Of a stretch of DNA of 64,000 nucleotides, positions 1-9,681 are shown piece after piece. The notes under the pieces were generated by a model. The model ran no database searches. It saw nothing but the letters and a program-made list of their open reading frames with translations, and was not told the DNA's origin. The translations under genes were made by a program, and so were the position numbers. Source of the stretch: Planctomycetota bacterium (GTDB lineage Bacteria > Planctomycetota > JAJSAM01 > JAJVHW01); contig CBDFJG010000003.1 in the NCBI GenBank assembly GCA_965248445.1, forward strand, positions 1,536,001 to 1,600,000, written 5' to 3'. Every line of letters begins with the position of its first letter. Within the stretch, counting starts at the first letter, position 1.

Positions 1-2017
1 CGAGCGCGATGCCGGTGAGCGAGAGCAGCTTGCGGCGCGCGGCCGCGGGGTCGTCCGGCGTCTCCGCCAGGTAGTGCTCCTCTGCCGCGACCAGCACTGC
101 CACGCAGAGCGCGTCGTCGAGGTCCCGCAGCAGCGCGCGCGTCTTGCTGAGGTCGCCGGCACAACCCGCGAACAACGCCGCACCCTGCGCGCGCGGGCTC
201 GTGTACTGCCCGTCGCCGTCGGCATCGAGGTAGACGGGGTTCGTCGCGGCGATCGAGTACCCGAAGATCGTGCGCCACGACGGATCATCGACGCTGTCGC
301 CGATCGCGACGCAGATCAGATGTGCGTCACCCGCCGGGCGCGGGATGTCGAACGTCAACGTCACGTCGGTCGCCGCCCCCGCCACGGCGTCGATCGACCG
401 GTGCGCCACCTGCACACCATTCAGGAGCACCGCCGCGCGACGCGGGGCGATCCAGCTCGGTCCGGCCACGCGAAGTCGGACCCGTACTGTCGGCTCCGTC
501 GCCGTCACCGTGTCGCCCATCGACTTCCCGCCGACGTCCACCGTGGCGAACAAGCCCAGGCTGATCGAACTCCGCCCCGCGACGAGCGCGTCGATCACGC
601 CGTCCGTGTCGATACGCGACGGGTCGTCCGTCTTGCTTGCGAGATACGTGCGGCCCTGCCCCACCGGGTCGCCGACGGTGTGCGAGTCAGAGGTCCCGAC
701 TGCCGCGACGCGGTGCCCGTTGTTCAGCAGCGCAATCCAGTCGCGCAGCACGAACACCGGATCGCCCGTCGGGGATCCGGAGTTGATGACCTCGAGCGCG
801 TCGAACGGGAACGGCCCGTCGTTGCGGAATCGGCCCGTGACCCGGCTGAACCCCTGCCGCGCGAACTCGCTGCGGGTGACCGCGGGGTAGTTCGGGTGAT
901 TGAGGACGATGGCCTTCGCACCCCTCGCACGGATGTCCGCGACCAGCTTGACCCAGTCGCTCTCCCGGTGGTTCGGTAGGTCGCCGGGCTTCATCGGAAA
1001 CGCATTCACGTGGCCGACCCCAGTCGTCACCTCGTTCCCCGGCACCGGCGTGTAGTGCTTGCGCAGCTTCAGCTCACGCTGCGTCGGCTCGTAGTCGGTG
1101 ACGTGGTTGTGGTCGGTCGTGATGGCAAGTTCGACACCCTCAGCAGCCAGTGTCACCGCGCGCTCCTTCAGCGTCGCATCACCGTGGTTGCTCGCGGGGA
1201 CGGAGTGGATGTGCGAGTCGCACACGACGAAACCCGTCGTATCGACCTCCCGCTCGATTGTCAGGGCGACCTCGGCGCTCTTCCCGGCCTGCAACTGCAG
1301 CGTCGTCTGCGGCCGGCTCCACTCCATGCCGCGGGTCGCGTAGAGCGTGTACGTCCCGGGTGGCAGTTCGAACACTGTCTTCTCGCGGGCCGAGTAGACG
1401 ATGCCCTCGCGCGTCGCCTGATGGTCGTCGGCCGCGTAGTACACCGGCGCCGCCGCGCCCGCGGCATCCAGAATCGTGAGCTTCGCGGGCACGGCCTCGC
1501 GCGCCACGTCGGCGACCAATACGGTCACCTTCGACAGCTTCAAGACGCTGCGCAACGAGTCGCGATGCAGGCGAATCTCGCCGACCAGGATGTCGTCGCT
1601 GCGCCTCGTCGAGACGATCTTCAGGATGTTCCTGCCATTGGTGACCGCACGCGCGGGAACCACGACATGCCGCCGCTTCCACGGCTTGTGGGGCTTCAGC
1701 GTCGCAATCCGAGTGTCGTTCAGGACGACGCGCCATGAGTTCTCGACGTGGTATGTGCGGAGCGCGAGGACGTACTCCTTCGAGTTCGCAGGACTCTTGA
1801 ACTCCAGGGTGAGGGTCGTGCCCTCGGGTGCCGCGGGACCCTCCGGCCAGTCGGTGACGTGCGAGTCGCCCAGATGGTGGTAGGCGTCCTCGATGACGAG
1901 AACGCCCCGATCGGCCGCGTCGCCGACGAACGGGATGGCAGCCGCGACAAGGCACGTGGCGGCAACGATCGCGACGTGGCGCCGAGCCCTCGTCCTCGTC
2001 GTTACACGTCGCCGCAT
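1..2017 (-). CDS. CehA/McbA-like PHP-domain metallohydrolase, secreted; 3' end runs off the window
   Basis: Absent from the ORF track because no stop lies in the window. Manual minus-strand translation from ATG 2017 gives MRRRVTTRTRARRHVAIVAATCLVAAAIPFVG (signal-like), then PHP motifs DSHIHS, ITTDHN, GNEVTT, GHVNAFP and LNHP. Confidence 0.8.
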   Translation of the reverse strand, partial: MRRRVTTRTRARRHVAIVAATCLVAAAIPFVGDAADRGVLVIEDAYHHLGDSHVTDWPEGPAAPEGTTLTLEFKSPANSKEYVLALRTYHVENSWRVVLNDTRIATLKPHKPWKRRHVVVPARAVTNGRNILKIVSTRRSDDILVGEIRLHRDSLRSVLKLSKVTVLVADVAREAVPAKLTILDAAGAAAPVYYAADDHQATREGIVYSAREKTVFELPPGTYTLYATRGMEWSRPQTTLQLQAGKSAEVALTIEREVDTTGFVVCDSHIHSVPASNHGDATLKERAVTLAAEGVELAITTDHNHVTDYEPTQRELKLRKHYTPVPGNEVTTGVGHVNAFPMKPGDLPNHRESDWVKLVADIRARGAKAIVLNHPNYPAVTRSEFARQGFSRVTGRFRNDGPFPFDALEVINSGSPTGDPVFVLRDWIALLNNGHRVAAVGTSDSHTVGDPVGQGRTYLASKTDDPSRIDTDGVIDALVAGRSSISLGLFATVDVGGKSMGDTVTATEPTVRVRLRVAGPSWIAPRRAAVLLNGVQVAHRSIDAVAGAATDVTLTFDIPRPAGDAHLICVAIGDSVDDPSWRTIFGYSIAATNPVYLDADGDGQYTSPRAQGAALFAGCAGDLSKTRALLRDLDDALCVAVLVAAEEHYLAETPDDPAAARRKLLSLTGIAL

Positions 2018-2084
2018 GGGCCCTCCGGGGACGGAGCGTACACGACGTCGTGTCGCAGATCGCACCCGTTGGTACTCTCTGTGC

Positions 2085-3233
2085 ATGGCCACCACACACT
2101 ACGCCGCTGCTCTTCTCGTCTTCGCCGCCGCCGGCTCCGCCTTCGCGGACGGAGCGGTCACGGCCGCGATCCAAGGGGAGGACCTGATCATCCGAGGTGA
2201 CGGGAGTGACAACCACATCACCTTCATCAGCGATGAGTTGTTCCAGTTCACGATCATCCCGGCCAACAACACGACGCTCAACGGCGCGATGCAGCCCGTG
2301 GTCTTCGACGTGCCGGCGGGCACCGTGGACATCCGTCTGGACGGCGGCAACGACTTCATCTCGATGGCTGGCGGCGTGGAAGGGAACAAGCTGCAGGTCA
2401 CGTTCGGCAGCGGCACGAACGACCTGTCCGCGACCGGCATCCGCTTCAACGACGTGACGGTTGAGGGCGGAGCAGGCCGCGACCACATCGTGTTCCTCGA
2501 CTCCGCCATCGACGGCAAACTGGTCTTCGACGCGGACGACGGTGACGACCGGCTCGACATCCGGGACTCGGCCGTGGGCAGCAAGACCACCGTGAAGGCC
2601 GGGGCGGGCGACGACGTCATCACGTTCGACGGAGTCAACTTCGGCAAGACGGTGAAGTTCGATCTGGGGACCGGCATCGATACCGTGAATTCGGAAGGCG
2701 CCACGTTCCAGGGCGCGCTGAAGGTCACGTTCGGCGCCGGCGGCGACGACTCGACCAATCTCGACAACCTCATCTGCCTCAAGAAGGTGAAGATCACCGG
2801 CAGCAGCGACACGCTCGCCCTCGGCCTGTTCGACTCCGACCTGCAGAAGGGCGGCAAGCTCAAGACCGGCGCCTCGAACGACCCGGTTCTGTTCGGGGGG
2901 ACCTCGTCGGGCAAGACGCTTTCGATTTCGAGCGGAGGCGGCGACGACGTGATCACCGGCGGTACCGACGCCGCGGTCTTCGGCGGCGCGCTCAAGATCA
3001 ACGCGGGTGACGGCAACGACTCGATCAGCGTCCGCGACGCCGAGCACGCCAAGAAGCCGAAGCTGAGCGGCGGCGACGGCGGCGACGCGTTCACGTTCGT
3101 AGGGAACACGCTCGCCAAGGGGGCCGTCCTGAACGGGGGCGCCGGAGACGACATCCAGGTCAACGACTTCGAGGCCGACAACACGGTCAATGGCGGGAAG
3201 CTCAAGGTGAAGAGCATCGAGCTCATCCCCTAG
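2085..3233 (+). CDS. Secreted repeat (beta-solenoid-like) protein with G-x-G-D-D turns
   Basis: Signal peptide MATTHYAAALLVFAAAGSAFA; repeated GAGDD/GGGDD/GDGND motifs; GC-rich third codon positions. Confidence 0.75.
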   Translation: MATTHYAAALLVFAAAGSAFADGAVTAAIQGEDLIIRGDGSDNHITFISDELFQFTIIPANNTTLNGAMQPVVFDVPAGTVDIRLDGGNDFISMAGGVEGNKLQVTFGSGTNDLSATGIRFNDVTVEGGAGRDHIVFLDSAIDGKLVFDADDGDDRLDIRDSAVGSKTTVKAGAGDDVITFDGVNFGKTVKFDLGTGIDTVNSEGATFQGALKVTFGAGGDDSTNLDNLICLKKVKITGSSDTLALGLFDSDLQKGGKLKTGASNDPVLFGGTSSGKTLSISSGGGDDVITGGTDAAVFGGALKINAGDGNDSISVRDAEHAKKPKLSGGDGGDAFTFVGNTLAKGAVLNGGAGDDIQVNDFEADNTVNGGKLKVKSIELIP

Positions 3234-3255
3234 CGGGCAGATACGGAGGGGACGG

Positions 3256-4611
3256 ATGAACGCAACCGGCAAGTGGCTCGGCTCCGCGCTGGGTAGCGCG
3301 GCAGCACTCGGTCTGATCTGGTGCGGCGCGATCCTCGCGCAGGACGAGGGCGCCATGCCGTTCGACCGGGCGAGCGCCGTCGGAGACTGGATACACGAGG
3401 ACATCGAAGCCGGCTACGCCGCAGCGCTGGAGTCGGGCAAGCCGCTCCTCGTCGCGTTCAGATGAGTCCCGTGAGCTGGCTGCGCCAGCATTGACGACCA
3501 GTTGGTCGTCCCCACCGACGAGGAACTCGCCAAGCTCAAGGACCAGTTCGTCTGCGTGCGTCTCATCCAGATGGGCGGGGTCGACCTCGCCACGTTCCAG
3601 TTCGATCCGCACCTCTCGTGGTCGCTGTTCTTCATGAACGGCGACAAGACCATCTACGGGCGCTACGGCCGTGCGCACCCCGACAGCAAGCGCGCCAAGA
3701 AGGACTCGAACACCAACCTGAACGTTCCCGGCATGAAGTCCGCGCTCGCCAAGGCGCTCGAGGTGCACGGCAACTACACCGCTGACAAGGAGACGTGGGC
3801 GCCACGACTCGCCGGCAAGACCGGACCCGAGCCGGCGTGGCGCTTCGCGGAGAAGACGCCGTCCGCCAAGAAGTACAAGCGCCAGAAGCGCGTGGAGAAG
3901 GAAGGCGAGCACGGTTGCGTGCACTGCCACGAGGTGCATCGCCACAACGTCGACTCGCACTTCATGACGAAGAAGGAGGTGCCGGACGACCTCCTGTGGC
4001 TGTATCCGCGACCACACGTGCTCGGACTCACGATGGTCGAGTCGGAGTGCGCGCGCGTCGAAGCGGTCTCAGAGGGTTCTCCCGCCGCCGCGGCCGGCAT
4101 CGCCGTCGGTGACGACATCGTGTCGCTCGGTGGCCAGCCACTCGTCTCGATCGCCGACCTGCAGTGGGTGCTGCACACGTTCCCCGACGAGGGCGGCAAG
4201 CTCGCGGCCGAGTTGCAGCGGGGCGAGAAGACCGTGAAGGTCGAGATCCCCCTCGCGCCGATGTGGCGACGCACCGAGGACTTCGCGTGGCGCTACCGCA
4301 CGTTCGGGTACGCGCAATGGCTGTGGGCAGGCGTCAGCTTCGAGGACTCGGCCGGAGGCGTGCGCGTCGCGGCCCGTGCGCCGTCGTGGTTCAAGCGCGT
4401 CCACCGAAGGGCCAAGCGCGAGTTCGAGGTCGGTGACGTGATCATCGACGTCGACGGTCGCGGCGACTTCGATCGCAGCGGCCTGATCGCGTACCTGATG
4501 CGCGACAAGAAGCTCGGCTCACGCGTGAAGATCAACGTCTTGCGTGACGGGAAGAAGGAGAAGGTCCAGTTCGACCTGCCCAAGAAGCAGCCCGAGGTCA
4601 TGGGCTACTGA
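3256..4611 (+). CDS. Thioredoxin-like (Trx7)/PDZ-domain selenoprotein with two in-frame UGA codons (U-V-P-U-A-G-C)
   Basis: ORFs 3256-3465 and 3502-4611 share a frame, separated by TGA GTC CCG TGA GCT GGC TGC. Read-through gives GKPLLVAFR-U-VP-U-AGC-ASIDDQL at the thioredoxin CxxC position. Later CVHCH and PDZ motifs (VSEGSPAAAAGIAVGDDI). Confidence 0.8.
3475..3510 (+). promoter_or_regulatory. Two tandem hairpins, candidate bacterial SECIS elements
   Basis: gctggc-tgc-gccagc (3475-3489) and gacgacc-agtt-ggtcgtc (3493-3510), immediately 3' of the UGA codons, each with a G in the loop. Confidence 0.5.
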
Positions 4612-4629
4612 CCGGCCAGTGCGGCGCCG

Positions 4630-5165
4630 CTACTTCTTGTTGACGACTGCGTCCTCGAGGTCCTTCAGACCCTGCTCGAATTTCGGGCCGAGCATCGGTT
4701 CCATCATCTTGGCGAACGCCTTGCCCATGAGGCCCTCGTTGACGCCGCGGTCCGTCCACGTGACGAGCGTCGTCCCTTCGCGGCTGCCGTCCGCGTAGAG
4801 GATCTCCCCCTCGAACGACGGGAAGCCCTCCATCGTCAGGTCGAACGTCATGCCCTTCTCGGGGTCGCTCATGGTGATGACCATCGAGCCGTTGCCCTGC
4901 GACTCGCTGATCCACGAGCGCGACGCGCCGACGCCCGTGGACTCCCCGTCGATGGTGATGACCATGTTTGGGTCCTCCTTCTCGAAGGGGCTCCACGTGG
5001 GCCACTTGTCCCAGTCCGCGGTGTACGCATGGATCTCGGCGCGCGTCGCGTTCATCTCCATCGTGCGCGTGACTTCCCACTCGCCCGACGAGAGCATGAT
5101 GCCGCCGCAGCAAAGCACGATCAGTGCGACCAACACGATTGCCACCCACTTGAGACCTTCTTCAT
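4630..5165 (-). CDS. SRPBCC (START/polyketide cyclase) family protein; apparent 1-nt frameshift near the start
   Basis: Core VTRTMEMNATRAEIHAYTADWDKWPTWSPF...GVGASRSWIS. An RBS (gaaggag) and ATG at 5165 would give MKKVLKWVAIVL if one C were restored near 5154; otherwise GTG start at 5145. Confidence 0.75.
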
Positions 5166-5278
5166 CGCTGCGTCTCCTTCACGTCTCGGGCGCTCCTCGC
5201 CCGGCGGCCGGTAGGGTAGGCACTCCCGGCCGCGCGAGTCCCGCCGAAACCGGAGCGCCGCCGACGGTTTGGAAACAC

Positions 5279-6544
5279 ATGCACGCGCGAATGACCCTGC
5301 TCTGCCTCGTGCTCGCCGTGGCCGCGCCCGTGGCGGACGGGCAGGACGCACCGACAGCCGCCCCGCCCGCGGCCCCCGCCAAGCCGAAGACCGGCCCCGC
5401 GAGCCCGGCCAACCAGCGACTCGCCGCCGAGTACAACGCGGCGCAGGCGGGCGTCTCGATGCTGGTCATGATCGGCGGGGAGGTCGTGTTCGAGGACTAC
5501 CCCACGAAACAGGGCGCCGACGCCGCGCACAGGCTGGCGAGCGGCACCAAGAGCTTCTCGGGCGCGATGGCAGTGGCTGCGCAGATGGACGGCCTTCTAA
5601 CCCTCGACGAGAAGCTCTCGAAGACGCTGACCGAGTGGGAGAAGGACGATCCCCGCTCGAAGATCACGATCCGCCAGTTGCTCTCGCTCTGCAGCGGCCT
5701 CGACCCGGGTGACAACTTCCGGCCGCCGACGTACGCCGACGCCGTGAAGGCGAAGCGCGTCGCCCCGCCGGGCAAGCGCTTCGCATACGGCCCCGGGCCG
5801 TTCCAGCTGTTCGGAGAGATCATGCGGCGCAAGCTCGCGGCGCAGTCCGCGGAGAAGACGCCCGACGTGCTTCGGTACCTGACCGAGAAGGTGCTGACTC
5901 CGATCGGACTCGACGTCGCGGAGTGGAGCCGCGGCAACGACGGGAACCCGTTCCTCCCCCACGGCGCGCGGCTCACAGCGCGCGAGTGGGCGAAGTACGG
6001 CGAGCTGATCCGGCGGCGCGGCAAGTGGGGCGAGAAGCAGGTGCTCGACGCCAAGCTGCTCGAGCAGCTGTTCCAGCGCAGCGAGGCGTTCCGGTGGTAC
6101 GGCGTGACGTGGTGGCTTCCGCAGGCGAAGCGCGGCGTGCGCGTCGACCTGCCCGAGGACCTGGTACTTGCCGCCGGACTCGGGGGACAGAAGCTGTGGG
6201 TCAGCCGCGACAACAAGATGGTCGTCGTCCGCCAGGCGCCGATGTTCAACAAGGCCGACTTCGACGACGACGAGTTCCTCGCACGTCTCCTGCACGGCAC
6301 GAACCGCGTCGGCAAGCCGCTGACGCCGGCGGGCGGCACAGGAGGCGGCGACGACGGGACCAAGCCGAAGCCAAGCGCCGCCGCCGAGCGCTTCCTTTCG
6401 CGGCACGACAAGAACGACGACGACATCCTGACCGCGGACGAGCTACCCCCCCGGCTCGTCGCGAAGTTCGACGATGCCGACGAGGACGGAGACGGCCGTC
6501 TCACACTCGCTGAGATCGCCGCCGCGTTCCCCGGCGCGCGCTGA
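5279..6544 (+). CDS. Serine hydrolase (class C beta-lactamase-like) with C-terminal EF-hand pair
   Basis: SxxK motif ASGTKS, ITIRQLL, FAYGP, LTAREWAKYG; C-terminal DKNDDDILTADE and DEDGDGRLTLAE EF-hand loops; signal peptide. Confidence 0.85.
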   Translation: MHARMTLLCLVLAVAAPVADGQDAPTAAPPAAPAKPKTGPASPANQRLAAEYNAAQAGVSMLVMIGGEVVFEDYPTKQGADAAHRLASGTKSFSGAMAVAAQMDGLLTLDEKLSKTLTEWEKDDPRSKITIRQLLSLCSGLDPGDNFRPPTYADAVKAKRVAPPGKRFAYGPGPFQLFGEIMRRKLAAQSAEKTPDVLRYLTEKVLTPIGLDVAEWSRGNDGNPFLPHGARLTAREWAKYGELIRRRGKWGEKQVLDAKLLEQLFQRSEAFRWYGVTWWLPQAKRGVRVDLPEDLVLAAGLGGQKLWVSRDNKMVVVRQAPMFNKADFDDDEFLARLLHGTNRVGKPLTPAGGTGGGDDGTKPKPSAAAERFLSRHDKNDDDILTADELPPRLVAKFDDADEDGDGRLTLAEIAAAFPGAR

Positions 6545-6596
6545 CGGGAGCGCGTGGCGTGCGACAATCGTCCAGATGAGGGCACGAGGACAGCCG

Positions 6597-7634
6597 ATGG
6601 CACGCTGGGCGCTCGTCGCTCTTCTCGCGTCGGCCGCCGCATTCGCCGGTGAAGAGCGCACCTACCCGAAGGGCGCGTCGCAGCAAGTCTGGGAAGGACG
6701 CAGCTTCGATCTACGCGTCCCCGACGACTACGACGCAGCGAAGGAGTACTCGCTCATCGTCACGCTGTCGTCCAGCCTCGAGGACCTGGCGCCGCTCCTC
6801 GCGGACGGCTACATCCTCTGTCGCACATACCCGCGCATCGACCCGGTCGGCGGCATGTGGTCGGGTGGCGAGATCCAGGAGGTTCTCGACCTGACGGCGC
6901 ACCTTGAGAAGGCGCTTTCGATCGGCGAGGGACGGGTGCACACAACAGCGCGCTCGGAGAGCCGGCATTCGATCGGACCGCTCATGGTGTTCGGCAAAAA
7001 GAGCCCGTTCGTGAGCGCCTGCTTCGACAACTCCGGAGTCGGTCAGGGATCGGTGGCCAAGCGCGCCAAGAAGGAGCTCGGCGTGCTGGCGTTCGGGCGC
7101 GAGGTAGAACCGGGCTCCAAAGGCGACCTGCTCGGGAGGCTGCGCGGCAGGGTCCGCGTGGCGGTGGTTCGCGACGACCCGAAGGGGGTCACGTCCGCCT
7201 ACTACCGGTTCTTCGTCGGCGCGATGGAGGGACGCTTCAAGCCGGGCGAAACGCTGGTCTTCGACTGGGCCGAGGATCCCGCGGATGCGAAGCAACTCGC
7301 GGTGCTCGAGGAGCGCGCGAAGTCCGAGAGTCTCGCCACGATCCTCTACTTCTGGTCGGCCGACGATGCAGAGAACGCCGATGCCAAGGCGCTGCAGAAC
7401 GGCGTGTTCTTCGAGCAGTCCGTGCGCTCGCCGGTGGGCACGATGCTCGCCGTCAAGCTGGACGTTTCGAAGCACGGCGCGCGCTTCGAGACGCTCGCAC
7501 TGGACGAGACTCCGGCCGTCGTCGTGCTGGACCATGAGGGTGGCGTCGCCCGCTCGTTCACCGGCGTGATCAAGGCCAAGAGCCTCGCCAAGACGCCGCA
7601 GTCCGCCGCCAAGAAGGCCGCCAAGGCGCGCTGA
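6597..7634 (+). CDS. Secreted hypothetical protein, possible degenerate thioredoxin-fold C-terminus
   Basis: Signal peptide MARWALVALLASAAAFA, RBS gagga; C-terminal TPAVVVLDHEG. Confidence 0.65.
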   Translation: MARWALVALLASAAAFAGEERTYPKGASQQVWEGRSFDLRVPDDYDAAKEYSLIVTLSSSLEDLAPLLADGYILCRTYPRIDPVGGMWSGGEIQEVLDLTAHLEKALSIGEGRVHTTARSESRHSIGPLMVFGKKSPFVSACFDNSGVGQGSVAKRAKKELGVLAFGREVEPGSKGDLLGRLRGRVRVAVVRDDPKGVTSAYYRFFVGAMEGRFKPGETLVFDWAEDPADAKQLAVLEERAKSESLATILYFWSADDAENADAKALQNGVFFEQSVRSPVGTMLAVKLDVSKHGARFETLALDETPAVVVLDHEGGVARSFTGVIKAKSLAKTPQSAAKKAAKAR

Positions 7635-7842
7635 TTCCGCGCGGCTACGCGCGCCGCAAGCCTGCGTCGTGCCTGGCGTTGTCAGAGTGAGAATCCGCCC
7701 AGAGAGGGAATCTCCCGGAATGATCCCGGGGGGACTACCCTCCTGTCAGTTTAGTGACACACTTCGCGCGGTCAGATAGGCGGAAGCGACCAGGTGACAT
7801 CGACGGCACGTGCATTACGCAAGCGCCGGGGCGAGGCAAGTC

Positions 7843-8124
7843 ATGGTCATTTACGAAGCACTGAGACGGAAGTACGAGAGAGAGCAGCGCGCTCAGCAGA
7901 TCGGGCACTCGCTCTCCCCCACACCGACTCCTCTCAGCACGCAGAACCGTTTCTGTTCGAACTGCCTCCGCACCCAGCGCTTCCTCGATCACGGCACGTC
8001 CCTCGACTGCCCGAATTGCGACAAGCGCCTGTATCCGGTGACGGTCGCCGGACCATCTCCTTCATCCAGTTCCAGTCCCAGTTCCCTCAGAGAGACAGGA
8101 GTTCTTCAGCGCGGCGTCGCGTAG
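7843..8124 (+). CDS. Small zinc-ribbon protein
   Basis: Two CxxC pairs (FCSNC, DCPNC); RBS-like gagg upstream of ATG 7843. Confidence 0.6.
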   Translation: MVIYEALRRKYEREQRAQQIGHSLSPTPTPLSTQNRFCSNCLRTQRFLDHGTSLDCPNCDKRLYPVTVAGPSPSSSSSPSSLRETGVLQRGVA

Positions 8125-8270
8125 TCGGGCGCATCCTTCCCCTCCTTACCCCCCAACGCACTCCACACACGCCACGACAGCGACGACGCGCACGCATCTC
8201 CTTCGGTAAGCGGCGGTCCCGGAAGCCCGGGGCCGCCTGCTTCGATTCCGGGGGCGGTCACGCTGGCGCG

Positions 8271-8410
8271 CTACAGGAACACGACCGGATCGGCCTTGTT
8301 GTTCTCGTAGGTGTTGGTCTGACCGCCTGAGTCGTCAACCAAGTCGTCGCTGTCACTCTTCGAGATCTTGCAGTTCTTGACGGTGTTGTTGGCGGGCACG
8401 ACGACTTGCT
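8271..8410 (-). pseudogene. Orphan C-terminal fragment of a right-handed beta-helix protein
   Basis: VVVPANNTVKNCKISKSDSDDLVDDSGGQTNTYENNKADPVVFL-stop with no credible start of its own. Confidence 0.45.
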
Positions 8411-8440
8411 CGCGCCTCCTCCCGCTGCCGGAGCCGTTGT

Positions 8441-9567
8441 TTACGGCTCCAGCACGGTCACCGTCACGCGCTTCGGCCCCTTGTGCTCGCCGGGCCCGAC
8501 GTCCGACCCCTCGAGCGTCACCGTCGCGCGGTCTCTGAACGTCCACCCGTTCACAACCGCCATGCGCGTGTACCCGGCGACGTAGATGTTGTTCCCGTCG
8601 AAAAGGTCCATCTTCCCGCTGATGCCGCCCATCACGCGCAGGTTGGCGTAGCTCGTGGACTTGAACGCACCACTGAGCGACTCGCGCACGAAGACCGTCA
8701 CGTAGCTGTTGGCAGCGATGCTCCCCGTCACGGACCCTTCGACGATCACGGTCGTGTAGCTGTCCATGACCAGCTTCCCGGCGAGGTCGCCCTTGCAGAG
8801 CACCGCCCCACCGCCCCACCGCCCTGCAGCGTCACCACGGCATCCGTCCCGATGCCCTGCTCGAAGACCAGTGACACGGCGTGCTCCGTCGCAACGTTGC
8901 GACCGAGCCGCTCGGTGAACACCCACGCCCCTTCCTCGCGCGTCGGATCAAACCCCTCGGCCCCCGCGCCCAGAATCTCGTAGCGCTCGGCATCCCGCTC
9001 GATGAAGCCCAAGTTGTTGCTGGGCCAGACGCGCTCGTCTCCCAGCAGGTCCACGAGCGATGGATCCGGCCGCCGCAGCCGCGCCGCTTCCCCGAACCCC
9101 ATCTTGTACTTCATGCTGTTGGCGACGACGACGTGCCTCAGCCCGAGCACCGCCTCCTTGACCGCCGCCCGCCGCTGCGCATCCGCGTTGAGCTCCGGAT
9201 CCGCCGGGTCCGGCGGCGGCGGCCGCCCCGCGCCCTCCCGATCGAACCGCGCGAGTTCCTCGGCAACGATGCGCCGTACCTGCTCGGCGGTCAGTCCATC
9301 GTCGCCAATGCGCGGCCGCCGTTCCGGTCTCGTTCGGGGCGGCTCAGCAGCAGCAGCAGCAGGAGAGGCAGGAAGAGGAGCAACGAAGTCGCGGCCCGGG
9401 TGCGGGACCTGCGACACCGTCACGGGGACAAGCGTCTCGTCAGTTCGCTCGATCACCTTCGGATCGGAGCTGATCATCGGTGCGACGACGACTCCGATCC
9501 CGACACCGAGCGCCAACAGCGCCAGTGCACCGACGACAACGGCGACGGTGTTCTGCGTACCCGACAT
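8441..9567 (-). pseudogene. Membrane-anchored hypothetical protein frameshifted at an 8-bp triple repeat
   Basis: N-terminal TM in ORF 8746-9627; C-terminal beta-repeat part in ORF 8441-8926. The frames switch at caccgccc x3 (8801-8824). Confidence 0.65.
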
Positions 9568-9681
9568 GACGAGCGTCCCTCCGACCGCTTGAGTGACCGA
9601 CGATACCGGAACCGGGGCTCGTCGCACCCCGGCGGCAGGAGAAAGCAGGCATGGAAGCTCACGGTCACGCCAATCCAGTCG

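Noticed and set aside
74..3404. Long alternative-frame ORFs (e.g. 74-979, 1010-1738, 1179-3404) and similar antisense ORFs throughout
   Set aside because: Arg/Pro/Ala-rich shadows of real genes, typical of high-GC DNA.
5145..5165. Programmed frameshift at the start of the SRPBCC gene
   Set aside because: A single missing C with no slippery site; a sequencing indel or simple mutation is more likely.
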